This document shows positions 47,717 through 56,833 of a stretch of 56,833 bases of DNA, in pieces (within the stretch, counting starts at the first letter, position 1; each line of letters starts with the position of its first letter). Under the pieces are notes generated by a model that saw nothing but the letters and a program-made list of their open reading frames with translations, did not search any database and had not been told where the DNA came from. The position numbers and the translations under genes are program-made. This DNA is from an uncultured Clostridia bacterium (lineage in GTDB: Bacteria; Bacillota; Clostridia; TANB77; CAG-508), in contig CAKPKU010000002.1 of the NCBI GenBank assembly GCA_934167365.1, positions 1 through 56,833 on the forward strand, given 5' to 3'.

Positions 47717-50700
47717 GTTTAACTTTAACATAAGATGTATTTAAATTTTTTTACTTTTTCTACTTGCTTTTTTACATCTTGCAGTTTAACTTTAACATAA
47801 GATGTATTTAAATTATGATAATGAACCTATAATGTCACTAAAGTTTAAAAGTTTAACTTTAACATAAGATGTATTTAAATTTGAGGGATTAACAAGACGC
47901 TGGAGAATAATATTAGGTTTAACTTTAACATAAGATGTATTTAAATTGCTGAATAATACTATAACAATTATTGTTTGTTCCAGTTTAACTTTAACATAAG
48001 ATGTATTTAAATTGGTGTTATTGCTACTTTGCCTATGTCTGTTATTTCGTTTAACTTTAACATAAGATGTATTTAAATAAAAATAGACACAAAAAAAATG
48101 ACAAACAAATTAGTTTAACTTTAACATAAGATGTATTTAAATGAAAATGCAAAATTACAAAAAGAAAATGTGGATATGTTTAACTTTAACATAAGATGTA
48201 TTTAAATAAATTCAAGATATGAGTGCATTAGAAATAGTACTAACGTTTAACTTTAACATAAGATGTATTTAAATGCACTATTATTTTCAATAGATACTTT
48301 ACAATCTATTGGTTTAACTTTAACATAAGATGTATTTAAATTCTTTTAAATTTTCATTTACTTTTTTAGTTTCATCTAGTTTAACTTTAACATAAGATGT
48401 ATTTAAATAAGTATCTTGAATTAATATATCAAGTATGTCTTTATGTTTAACTTTAACATAAGATGTATTTAAATTAATTTTTTGTTTTTGTTGGTGTATA
48501 TGCTTTTCCGTTTAACTTTAACATAAGATGTATTTAAATTACCAATTTCTATTCGCATAAACTCCTGCCCAAAAGTTTAACTTTAACATAAGATGTATTT
48601 AAATTGGCTAGTTCTTGATATGTTGTATTATATTTCTTAGGTTTAACTTTAACATAAGATGTATTTAAATCACAATTTAGGCAAAACAAACACACAGTAA
48701 ATCAGTTTAACTTTAACATAAGATGTATTTAAATAAAATAAAGAGTTTAAAATTGATTTAAAGTTATCTGGTTTAACTTTAACATAAGATGTATTTAAAT
48801 AGGTATACACAACCAACTTGTCCACCTAGAACCTTTGTTTAACTTTAACATAAGATGTATTTAAATATTGTAGAAGGTCTTTTTTTACTAAGAATGTGAT
48901 TAAGTTTAACTTTAACATAAGATGTATTTAAATTAACTATACAATATAACTTTCTTTTTTTGTTTATGTTTAACTTTAACATAAGATGTATTTAAATGAA
49001 ATAATCTTGAAAAAGCAAATTATAAAAAAATGTGTTTAACTTTAACATAAGATGTATTTAAATATGTTTTGGTATGTTATATAAGTTTCTTCCTTGCCGT
49101 TTAACTTTAACATAAGATGTATTTAAATTTTGTTATTGAAAAAATGAGTCAAGCAATTGCAACAGTTTAACTTTAACATAAGATGTATTTAAATTTACTT
49201 GCTAAACTACAATCAGCAGGATATATGAAAGTTTAACTTTAACATAAGATGTATTTAAATGGAATTGCAACTGATATGGTTGTAACAACTGCAAAAGGTT
49301 TAACTTTAACATAAGATGTATTTAAATGGCTTTTTTGTTGGACTAATAATTTGTCTTTCCATTGTTTAACTTTAACATAAGATGTATTTAAATTTAGCTC
49401 AAAGGACATCAGCAAATGAAAAAATAAAAGTTTAACTTTAACATAAGATGTATTTAAATACTGATTTTCCACTTCCAGCCGATCCTTTCATGACGTTTAA
49501 CTTTAACATAAGATGTATTTAAATAGTAATCTTTTTGTTCTTTTTGCTGTATGATTTTTGTTTAACTTTAACATAAGATGTATTTAAATGGTGCATTAGA
49601 TTTGCAAATGGTAGGATTAAATAATGTTTAACTTTAACATAAGATGTATTTAAATTTCCTCCTATACCTGTATTTTTCAAAGTTGTCAGGTTTAACTTTA
49701 ACATAAGATGTATTTAAATTTTTTATTACCGTTTAATGTGCACTCATAATACATGTTTAACTTTAACATAAGATGTATTTAAATAACGAATTAGAAGAGC
49801 TAAAAGGAAATTTAAAAGAGTTTAACTTTAACATAAGATGTATTTAAATATAGAGTGTGAGCCTCTAGCGCGATTATGTCGAATGTTTAACTTTAACATA
49901 AGATGTATTTAAATTTTGTCTAAAACTAAATACATTTCTATTACAAGCCGTTTAACTTTAACATAAGATGTATTTAAATTCTGTATTTGCAAAATTTTCT
50001 AAAATTGTATCTGCTGTTTAACTTTAACATAAGATGTATTTAAATTAAAAATGCATAAAAAATCAACTCCCAAAAAAGATGTTTAACTTTAACATAAGAT
50101 GTATTTAAATTCTTTTTGTGTTGGCAACTTTCCATAACCGCAACGAAGTTTAACTTTAACATAAGATGTATTTAAATCTCGTAACCTGCCATAAACAAAA
50201 TAGCTAATTTATCGTTTAACTTTAACATAAGATGTATTTAAATTAGATGTCTCCAGCTAAATCTCCAAACATCCAACGGTTTAACTTTAACATAAGATGT
50301 ATTTAAATACAAAAGTATTATATTTATTAATAACTTCAATGTGTTTAACTTTAACATAAGATGTATTTAAATACACTATCGTTAGGAGTTTCCATATTTT
50401 TACCATGTTTAACTTTAACATAAGATGTATTTAAATTAGTTGCCTTTTCTGGAGGAAAAGATAGTGGACTGCTGTTTAACTTTAACATAAGATGTATTTA
50501 AATAATAGCAACTATTACTAAAAATAATCTTTGGAGCAAGTTTAACTTTAACATAAGATGTATTTAAATCTTTCTTAACTTTATGAATATATTATAGCAC
50601 GGAAGGTTTAACTTTAACATAAGATGTATTTAAATTCCTTTCATATTAAAAAATTTTTATTTAAAATTACCGTTTAACTTTAACATAAGATGTATTTAAA

Positions 50701-51874
50701 TTTGTACGTATTTCTAGCTTTAGCAACTTCCATATGTTTAACTTTAACATAAGATGTATTTAAATTAATTAATTTCTGTTAATGAATTCTCATCTTTGCG
50801 TTTAACTTTAACATAAGATGTATTTAAATACATTAAACATATTGCCAGATCCAAAACGTAGCCATTCGTTTAACTTTAACATAAGATGTATTTAAATGCA
50901 ACTAACCATTTTAGCATTCCAGATTTCACATCTGTTTAACTTTAACATAAGATGTATTTAAATCTTTCTAAAATTTTTTTAATTTCTAAAAACATATCGT
51001 TTAACTTTAACATAAGATGTATTTAAATCATAAAGAAATTTTAGGAAAATGGAATAATAAACGGGTTTAACTTTAACATAAGATGTATTTAAATTGTAGC
51101 CCCACCAGAAATGAAATTATTATATCAATGTTTAACTTTAACATAAGATGTATTTAAATAAACAAAAAAATAGGAAATCAATATTACAACGGATATGTTT
51201 AACTTTAACATAAGATGTATTTAAATTACACAATGGATAATAACGCAGATACAAAAATGACAGGTTTAACTTTAACATAAGATGTATTTAAATTTAGAAA
51301 GTACGAGTGCAAAGGCAGTTAATTTTGGAGGTTTAACTTTAACATAAGATGTATTTAAATTTCACTATAGTTTACTCCAAAGATTGCACTAACTATGTTT
51401 AACTTTAACATAAGATGTATTTAAATGTCGTATTTATTGTTAAATCATATTTTAAATTTTTAAGTTTAACTTTAACATAAGATGTATTTAAATATTTTAG
51501 GCAAATTATTAAAATAATTAAATTGTGCGTTTAACTTTAACATAAGATGTATTTAAATATTCGCCGTCTTCTGTTGCCTCTATATGTGTTATAGTTTAAC
51601 TTTAACATGAGATGTATTTAAATGTAGAATCTTCTTTTGTACTCATTTCTGCTGTTGGTTTAACTTTAACATAAGATGTATTTAAATGTTGCAACCAATG
51701 TTATTGATAAACAAATTTCAGAGTTTAACTTTAACATAAGATGTATTTTTAAATTCGGATGGCAAAATCCATAATGTCATTTTACTACGTTTAACTTTAA
51801 CATGAGATGTATTTAAAAACTCCTTTTACGATTAATTTTGAAAAGTTTAACTTTAACACGAGATGTAATTAAAT
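47717..51874 (+). CRISPR. CRISPR array, 64 repeats / 63 spacers, repeat GTTTAACTTTAACATAAGATGTATTTAAAT
   Basis: I counted the repeats one by one (first at 47717, last at 51845). Repeats are 30 nt and spacers mostly 34-39 nt. Four of the last five repeats (51594, 51723, 51789, 51845) carry substitutions or an insertion, and the last spacer is only 26 nt. Confidence 0.98.
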
Positions 51875-52006
51875 ATTATTTTTGGTCCTAAAATGGTATA
51901 CCATTATGGCTCAAATTTAGCATCAAAAAATACCGTACAGATGTTTACTTTTTTGAAAATATATGTAATAATAACTTATATTAAAATTTCACGAAAGGAA
52001 AAAGAT

Positions 52007-54055
52007 ATGATAGATTTAGAAAACAATGTAAAATTTATTAAAGGAGTAGGTCCAAACAGGGTACAATCTTTAAATAAATTAGGAATATTTACATTAAAAG
52101 ATCTAATAACGTATTATCCAAGGGCATATGAAGATAGAAGTATACCCAAAAAAATTTCAGAAACCACAGATGGAGAAGATGTATTAATAGAAGCAATAGT
52201 AGTATCTAGAATAATAGAGCTAAAAATCAGAAAGAACATGGTAATGTACAAACTTTCTGTTAGAGATGAAACTGCAACCTGCACTATAACATGGTTTAAT
52301 CAACCATACCTAAAAAAACAATTTATATATGGCGAAAAATATAGCTTCTTCGGAAAGATACACAAAAAAGGTAGTAGATATGAAATGAATTCTCCAGTAT
52401 TTGATTCAAAAAACACAAACAAACATACTGGAAAAATAGTTCCAATATATCCAACGACATTCAGTTTACCACAAAACACATTAAGAGGAATAATTGAAAA
52501 CGGAGTTAATCAAGTAGAAAATAAATTAGAAGAAAAATTACCTGAATATATATTAAAAGATTATAAATTATTAAACATAAATGATTCAATAAAATCAATT
52601 CACATGCCTCAAACATTTGAAGATTTTAAATTAGCTAGAAGAAGATTAGTTTTTGAGGAGCTTTTAACAATGCAACTAGCATTATTAAATTTGAAAAGCA
52701 GTTGGAAAAAAGAAGAAAAAGGAATTAAATATAACGAAAATATCAATATGTCAGATGTAATTTTTGATTTGCCATTCAAACTAACAAAAGCACAAAATAA
52801 AGTATTAGAAGAAATCAATCATGATATGGAAAATGAAAAATCTATGAATAGGCTTTTACAAGGAGATGTAGGATCTGGTAAAACAATAGTAGCAATAATA
52901 TCAGCATATAAAGCAGTAAAATCAGGCTATCAAGTAGCCGTTATGGCTCCAACTTCAATTCTGGCAACACAGCATTTAGAAAGTTTTTCGAATATACTAA
53001 ACAAATATAATATAAAATGTGAACTATTAATAAGTAGTGTAACAAAAAAACGAAAAGAAGAAATTTTACAAAAATTAAAAGATGGAGAAATAGACATTTT
53101 AATAGGTACACATGCAATTTTGGAAGAAAATGTAATTTTCAAAAATTTAGGTTTTGTAGTAACAGATGAGCAACATAGATTTGGAGTAAGACAACGAAGC
53201 AAAATTGTTGCAAAAGGAACTAATCCAGATGTATTAGTAATGACAGCAACTCCAATACCAAGAACTTTAGCTCTAATTTTATATGGCGATTTGGATATAT
53301 CAATAATTGATGAATTACCACCAAACAGAAAAGAAATAGAAACATACGCAGTAGGAAAAGAAATGGAAAATAGAGTAAATAACTTCGTAAAAAAGCAAAT
53401 TTTAGAAGGTAGACAAGCATATATAGTGTGTCCACTAGTTGAAGAAAATGAAGAAATAAATGCCAAATCAGTATTAGAGCTTTCAGAACATTATAAAAAT
53501 GACATTTTTAAAGAATTTACAGTTGAATATATACATGGAAAAATGAAACCAAAAGAAAAAGATGAAATTATGCAGAAATTTAAAGATGGAGAAATAGACA
53601 TATTAATTTCAACAACTGTAATAGAAGTAGGAGTAAATGTTCCAAACTCTAGTATAATGGTAGTTGAAAATGCAGAAAGGTTTGGTTTAGCTCAACTTCA
53701 TCAGTTAAGAGGAAGAGTTGGAAGAGGAGAATATCAATCATATTGTATATTAAAATATAATAGCAATTCAGACATTGCACGAAAACGAATGGAAATAATG
53801 CAAAAAACAAGTGATGGATTTGTAATAGCAGAAAAAGATTTAGAGCTAAGAGGGTCTGGCGAATTTTTTGGAACAAAGCAACATGGACTTCCTGAATTTA
53901 AAATAGCTAATTTATTTGAAGATATGGATATTTTAAAAGAAGTTCAGTTATTAACAAGCAAGATAGAATTAGAAGATAATAAATTAGAAAGACAGGAGCA
54001 TTCAGGATTAAAAAGTTTAGTAAGCGAGATTTTTAATGGAAGAGTTGAAATGTAA
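52007..54055 (+). CDS. recG: ATP-dependent DNA helicase RecG
   Basis: 682 aa from the ATG that follows a GAAAGGAAAAAG RBS. It has [10 protein letters not shown], the helicase motifs GDVGSGKT and TDEQHRFG, and QLRGRVGRG. The track ORF start at 51893 would extend into the CRISPR trailer. Confidence 0.95.
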   Translation: MIDLENNVKFIKGVGPNRVQSLNKLGIFTLKDLITYYPRAYEDRSIPKKISETTDGEDVLIEAIVVSRIIELKIRKNMVMYKLSVRDETATCTITWFNQPYLKKQFIYGEKYSFFGKIHKKGSRYEMNSPVFDSKNTNKHTGKIVPIYPTTFSLPQNTLRGIIENGVNQVENKLEEKLPEYILKDYKLLNINDSIKSIHMPQTFEDFKLARRRLVFEELLTMQLALLNLKSSWKKEEKGIKYNENINMSDVIFDLPFKLTKAQNKVLEEINHDMENEKSMNRLLQGDVGSGKTIVAIISAYKAVKSGYQVAVMAPTSILATQHLESFSNILNKYNIKCELLISSVTKKRKEEILQKLKDGEIDILIGTHAILEENVIFKNLGFVVTDEQHRFGVRQRSKIVAKGTNPDVLVMTATPIPRTLALILYGDLDISIIDELPPNRKEIETYAVGKEMENRVNNFVKKQILEGRQAYIVCPLVEENEEINAKSVLELSEHYKNDIFKEFTVEYIHGKMKPKEKDEIMQKFKDGEIDILISTTVIEVGVNVPNSSIMVVENAERFGLAQLHQLRGRVGRGEYQSYCILKYNSNSDIARKRMEIMQKTSDGFVIAEKDLELRGSGEFFGTKQHGLPEFKIANLFEDMDILKEVQLLTSKIELEDNKLERQEHSGLKSLVSEIFNGRVEM

Positions 54056-54073
54056 ATTATATATAAAAAAAAC

Positions 54074-54102
54074 TTGACAAATTATGTAAAGTAATGTAAA
54101 AT
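54074..54102 (+). promoter_or_regulatory. Putative promoter (TTGACA-17 nt-TAAAAT, TG-extended)
   Basis: TTGACA at 54074-54079 and TAAAAT at 54097-54102, upstream of the LysM/VanW gene. Confidence 0.5.
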
Positions 54103-54204
54103 ATATTCATTCTCAATTTTAAAAGCAAATCAAATTAACGATTTGCAATTGGTGTTTTTCTGATTTCACCGTTTTACAAATGATAGGAGGTTCTAAGGAA
54201 CATC

Positions 54205-54987
54205 ATGAACACTAAAAAATTGTCTTTATTTGTTTCAACCCTTGTTTGTATTATGGTTGTTGCAACCATAAATGCAATCAGTGTATGTGCTGATGCATAC
54301 ATAGTTCAAGAAGGTGATACTCTTTGGGGTATTGCTAATGAATATGATACAAACATTGAGGAATTAAAAAAAATTAACGACATCAAAGATGACATAATTA
54401 TTGTTGGTACAACCATAGAGGTACCACAAGGCCAAGATGAAAACAATTCTGAAGAACAATCTTCAGATGAAGAAATTGTTAACCCTTTTGAAAAAGATGT
54501 TATTTATGACGACGTGGTGTGTAACAAAGAAGATAATACACCAACAATCCTATATACTGCAGATATAACATGCAGTTTGGGTTGGGCAAGTTTCTATAAC
54601 ATAAATCATGCGACTGAATTTCTAGAAGATTATGTTATTTATCCAGGAGAGCAATTTTCATGGGAACAAATTCTTGGCGGCAATACTTATGAACAAGGGT
54701 ATGTTGCTGGAAAGGCTTATTCTGGAGGTCAACTGGTTCAATCACCAGGTGGTGGCGTATGCGTATTGTCTACTGCACTAATGCAAGCAGCAAGAGGTGC
54801 TGGAATGATAATAACGGAGAAATGGCCACATTCTGGTTACGTTAGCTATGCTTCTGGGGATGATGAAGCTGCTGTATCATATGGTAGCAAAGATTTAAAG
54901 TTTTTTAATTGTTTAAGCTATCCAGTAAGGTTTGACTTTGAAATTTCTCATAAGCATACAATCGTAAAAGCTGTAAGAGCTGAGTAG
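54205..54987 (+). CDS. Secreted LysM-domain / VanW-like protein
   Basis: 260 aa with a signal peptide, a LysM domain (YIVQEGDTLWGIANEYDTNIEELKKIN) and a VanW-like C-terminus (GGGVCVLSTALMQAA...DLKFFN). Confidence 0.8.
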   Translation: MNTKKLSLFVSTLVCIMVVATINAISVCADAYIVQEGDTLWGIANEYDTNIEELKKINDIKDDIIIVGTTIEVPQGQDENNSEEQSSDEEIVNPFEKDVIYDDVVCNKEDNTPTILYTADITCSLGWASFYNINHATEFLEDYVIYPGEQFSWEQILGGNTYEQGYVAGKAYSGGQLVQSPGGGVCVLSTALMQAARGAGMIITEKWPHSGYVSYASGDDEAAVSYGSKDLKFFNCLSYPVRFDFEISHKHTIVKAVRAE

Positions 54988-55030
54988 TCGACTAATTTAA
55001 GTTTTAGAAGTTATAGTAAAAAATCAGACA

Positions 55031-55066
55031 AAAATCTCAGGTAAACTTTTTACCTGAGATTTTTTG
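55031..55066 (+). terminator. Rho-independent terminator
   Basis: AAATCTCAGGTAAA...TTTACCTGAGATTTTTT. Confidence 0.85.
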
Positions 55067-55124
55067 TATTTATATATAAAACTTTTTAATAAATAGTGGG
55101 AAAAATTTATATAAAAATTACATT

Positions 55125-55733
55125 TTATAAATGATAATTAGAAATAAATATACCTATTTCAATAAAGCACAAAGCTGTACAAATGCTACATATAAGGTTA
55201 CTCACAGTACCATTAGCAGTGCAAAATTTTAATGCAAATTTAAAATCCCAAGGATAAAAAATTTGAACTTTTTTCTTATTGAATAAATCAAGAATTATAT
55301 GTGAAAGCATTGATATTCCAAATGAAAAAGTGGCACTAGGTAAAATTAAAAATACAATTGCTGAAAGTGTTAAAACACAAGGTACAGAATGCATAAAAGT
55401 TCTATGAGGCTTGTGCATACCGAAGCTACAAACTAATAAAAATGCTAGAATTCCTATTAAAATTCTACATAAATTAGTTTGCTTTAAGATAAATGCAATA
55501 ATTCCAATATGAAATACACCATCTGCGATTGAGCATAAGATAATCATTATTATAGATATTGTTAATATTTTTATAAGATCTTTATGTGATTCTGATGTTG
55601 TAACATCAATATCTGAAATAATACTTCCAATAGTTGCAGTAGTTATACATATAGCTAAGGCTTTTATACTGTTGGGTTGAATAAGTGCAGTTGTAATTGC
55701 AATACCAGCTGCAATATGTGTTTTACTAGTCAT
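55125..55733 (-). CDS. Membrane-bound metal-dependent hydrolase (YdjM/DUF457-like)
   Basis: 202 aa from MTSKTHIAAGIAI..., preceded by an AGAAAGGAAA RBS. It is polytopic, with His residues (HKPHRTFMHS, SHIILD) typical of the family. The track ORF adds 20 unlikely N-terminal residues. Confidence 0.7.
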   Translation of the reverse strand: MTSKTHIAAGIAITTALIQPNSIKALAICITTATIGSIISDIDVTTSESHKDLIKILTISIIMIILCSIADGVFHIGIIAFILKQTNLCRILIGILAFLLVCSFGMHKPHRTFMHSVPCVLTLSAIVFLILPSATFSFGISMLSHIILDLFNKKKVQIFYPWDFKFALKFCTANGTVSNLICSICTALCFIEIGIFISNYHL

Positions 55734-56121
55734 AATAATTTTCCTTTCTGTAAATAATATAAAGATTATACCAATAAGTATAAGATAAGGCAATTATTAT
55801 ATTTTATAAAAAATAATTCTCATTGAAAATAATTGATTTCTATGTAAGTTCATTTTATAGATTAATATCTAAATAATGTACGTAATTAATTATAAAATCA
55901 TATAATGATAATTGAAATAGCTTACGGTTATTAACTCTTGGTATAATATTTAAAATAGAAGATAGAAATTTGAACTAAAGCATATATGATTTATTTTATA
56001 GCTAAATTAAATCCAATAGTATATTTATTTTTTATATTTGTAATTTGTGCAATAATTCAAAAAATGTTTTAGCAAGAAAAATATCTAGAATATTACAAAG
56101 AATGTAAAGATTTAGTGAGGA

Positions 56122-56664
56122 GTGATGAAAATAAATAATAAAATATATGTAAATGTACATAAAGACAATACTGCAATACTAATATTTCCAGATTATAATA
56201 TAGAAACAACTGCATATATCGGAAAAAATGGAACAACATTTAATAAAAAAGAAGGTGATGGAAAAACACCTTTAGGCGAATTTGATTTAGGTTTAATAAT
56301 TGGAACAAATTTAAATGAAGAAATAATAAAAAAAGTAGATATGGAATATATACAAATAAATGACAATATGTATTGGGTAGATGATCCAAAATCTAAATAT
56401 TATAATCAGTTAGTAGATGTAACAAAGGTAAATAAGGATTGGAATACAGCAGAACATTTAACAGAATATTCAAAACAATATGAATATGCAATAGAAATTA
56501 AATCAAATCCACATAATGTGCCAAATAAAGGTAGTGTAATACTTTTACATTGTAAATGTAAACAATATACAGAAGGATGTGTTTCCATACAAAGGAATAT
56601 AATGAAAAAAATTATAGAATTAGTGAATTCAAATACCAAAATAATAATATCTAACAAAATATAA
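56122..56664 (+). CDS. L,D-transpeptidase catalytic-domain-like protein (YkuD-like)
   Basis: 180 aa with GDGKTPLG and LLHCK....TEGCVSI, resembling the H-x(n)-GC active-site motif. The start is the GTG at 56122 or the ATG at 56125. Confidence 0.55.
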   Translation: MMKINNKIYVNVHKDNTAILIFPDYNIETTAYIGKNGTTFNKKEGDGKTPLGEFDLGLIIGTNLNEEIIKKVDMEYIQINDNMYWVDDPKSKYYNQLVDVTKVNKDWNTAEHLTEYSKQYEYAIEIKSNPHNVPNKGSVILLHCKCKQYTEGCVSIQRNIMKKIIELVNSNTKIIISNKI

Positions 56665-56681
56665 ATTCGTAAAAAAGAAAA

Positions 56682-56720
56682 AACGGAAAATAATATTAAG
56701 CTATATTTTTCCGTTTCTTA
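56682..56720 (+). terminator. Putative terminator
   Basis: AACGGAAAA...TTTTCCGTT hairpin with a weak T-run. Confidence 0.5.
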
Positions 56721-56833
56721 TATTAATTGATGTATATAAATTACAAAAAAATTAATTTTTATTGGTGTCAAGAAGTTTCGGAAAATAATCCGAGAATATA
56801 ATAATTTTTACGAAACATAAAGATAATATGAGT

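Noticed and set aside
49239-49704. Minus-strand ORFs 49239-49472 and 49519-49704 from the ORF track
   Set aside because: They lie entirely inside the CRISPR array. Their products are just the repeat translated over and over (LNTSYVKVK...). They are array artefacts, not genes.
51893-52006. N-terminal 38-codon extension of recG (track ORF start at 51893)
   Set aside because: It starts only about 19 nt after the last degenerate CRISPR repeat, lacks an RBS and encodes low-complexity sequence. The ATG at 52007 has a purine-rich RBS and gives the canonical RecG N-terminus.
52930-53466. 178-aa minus-strand ORF (plus 53220-53435 and 52609-52818) antisense to recG
   Set aside because: It is fully embedded antisense in a well-supported helicase gene and encodes an AT-codon-biased, low-complexity product with no RBS. 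The same reasoning applies to the antisense ORFs inside addA (1081-2629), tyrS, the polysaccharide genes, OLD/KAP, cas8b, cas7 and cas3.
54103-54165. Possible riboswitch in the leader of the LysM/VanW gene (hairpin GCAAATC...GATTTGC followed by a T-rich run)
   Set aside because: It is too short and simple to match any riboswitch class I know, such as ydaO/c-di-AMP. It is more likely a plain attenuator-like hairpin or has no function.

Overview
This is a very AT-rich window that looks like a low-GC Firmicute. The Clostridium-type 30-nt CRISPR repeat and the LCP, AddA and T-box content suggest class Clostridia, but the species cannot be determined from sequence alone. Almost all genes are on the + strand.

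Layout:
- 1-10.3 kb is housekeeping: tRNA-Gly, addA, an S4-domain protein, T-box-controlled tyrS, a GT-C membrane glycosyltransferase, a CPBP protease and uppP.
- 10.5-16.1 kb is a block of orphan genes. It holds a 95-aa protein, a membrane-anchored transglutaminase-like protein, a convergent LCP ligase, two tandem small paralogues and a 546-aa orphan. Several have near-consensus sigma-A promoters.
- 16.5-28.5 kb is an 11-gene Wzx/Wzy-type polysaccharide locus. It encodes an initiating sugar-phosphate transferase, 3 glycosyltransferases, 2 pyruvyl transferases, an FrhB-like FeS protein, an acetyltransferase, a Stealth phosphotransferase, Wzy and Wzx.
- 28.5-39.1 kb is a decayed accessory or defence island containing at least six gene remnants. 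Its one intact operon pairs an OLD-family ABC-ATPase/TOPRIM nuclease with a KAP-type P-loop NTPase that lacks transmembrane helices. I consider this pair the best candidate for an undescribed system. The island also holds a nonsense-interrupted PD-(D/E)xK-like gene and an orphan Panacea-domain antitoxin.
- 39.1-51.9 kb is a complete type I-B CRISPR-Cas locus (cas6-cas8b-cas7-cas5-cas3-cas4-cas1-cas2) with a 64-repeat array.
- 52.0-56.8 kb holds recG, a LysM/VanW protein, a YdjM-like hydrolase and an L,D-transpeptidase-like protein.

One signal is not tied to any ORF. Tandem TGTCGAA-like boxes in 10-bp phasing, matching the Spo0A '0A box' consensus, recur upstream of the accessory genes and of cas6. 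Three perfect boxes sit in a 20-bp-stem palindrome upstream of cas6.
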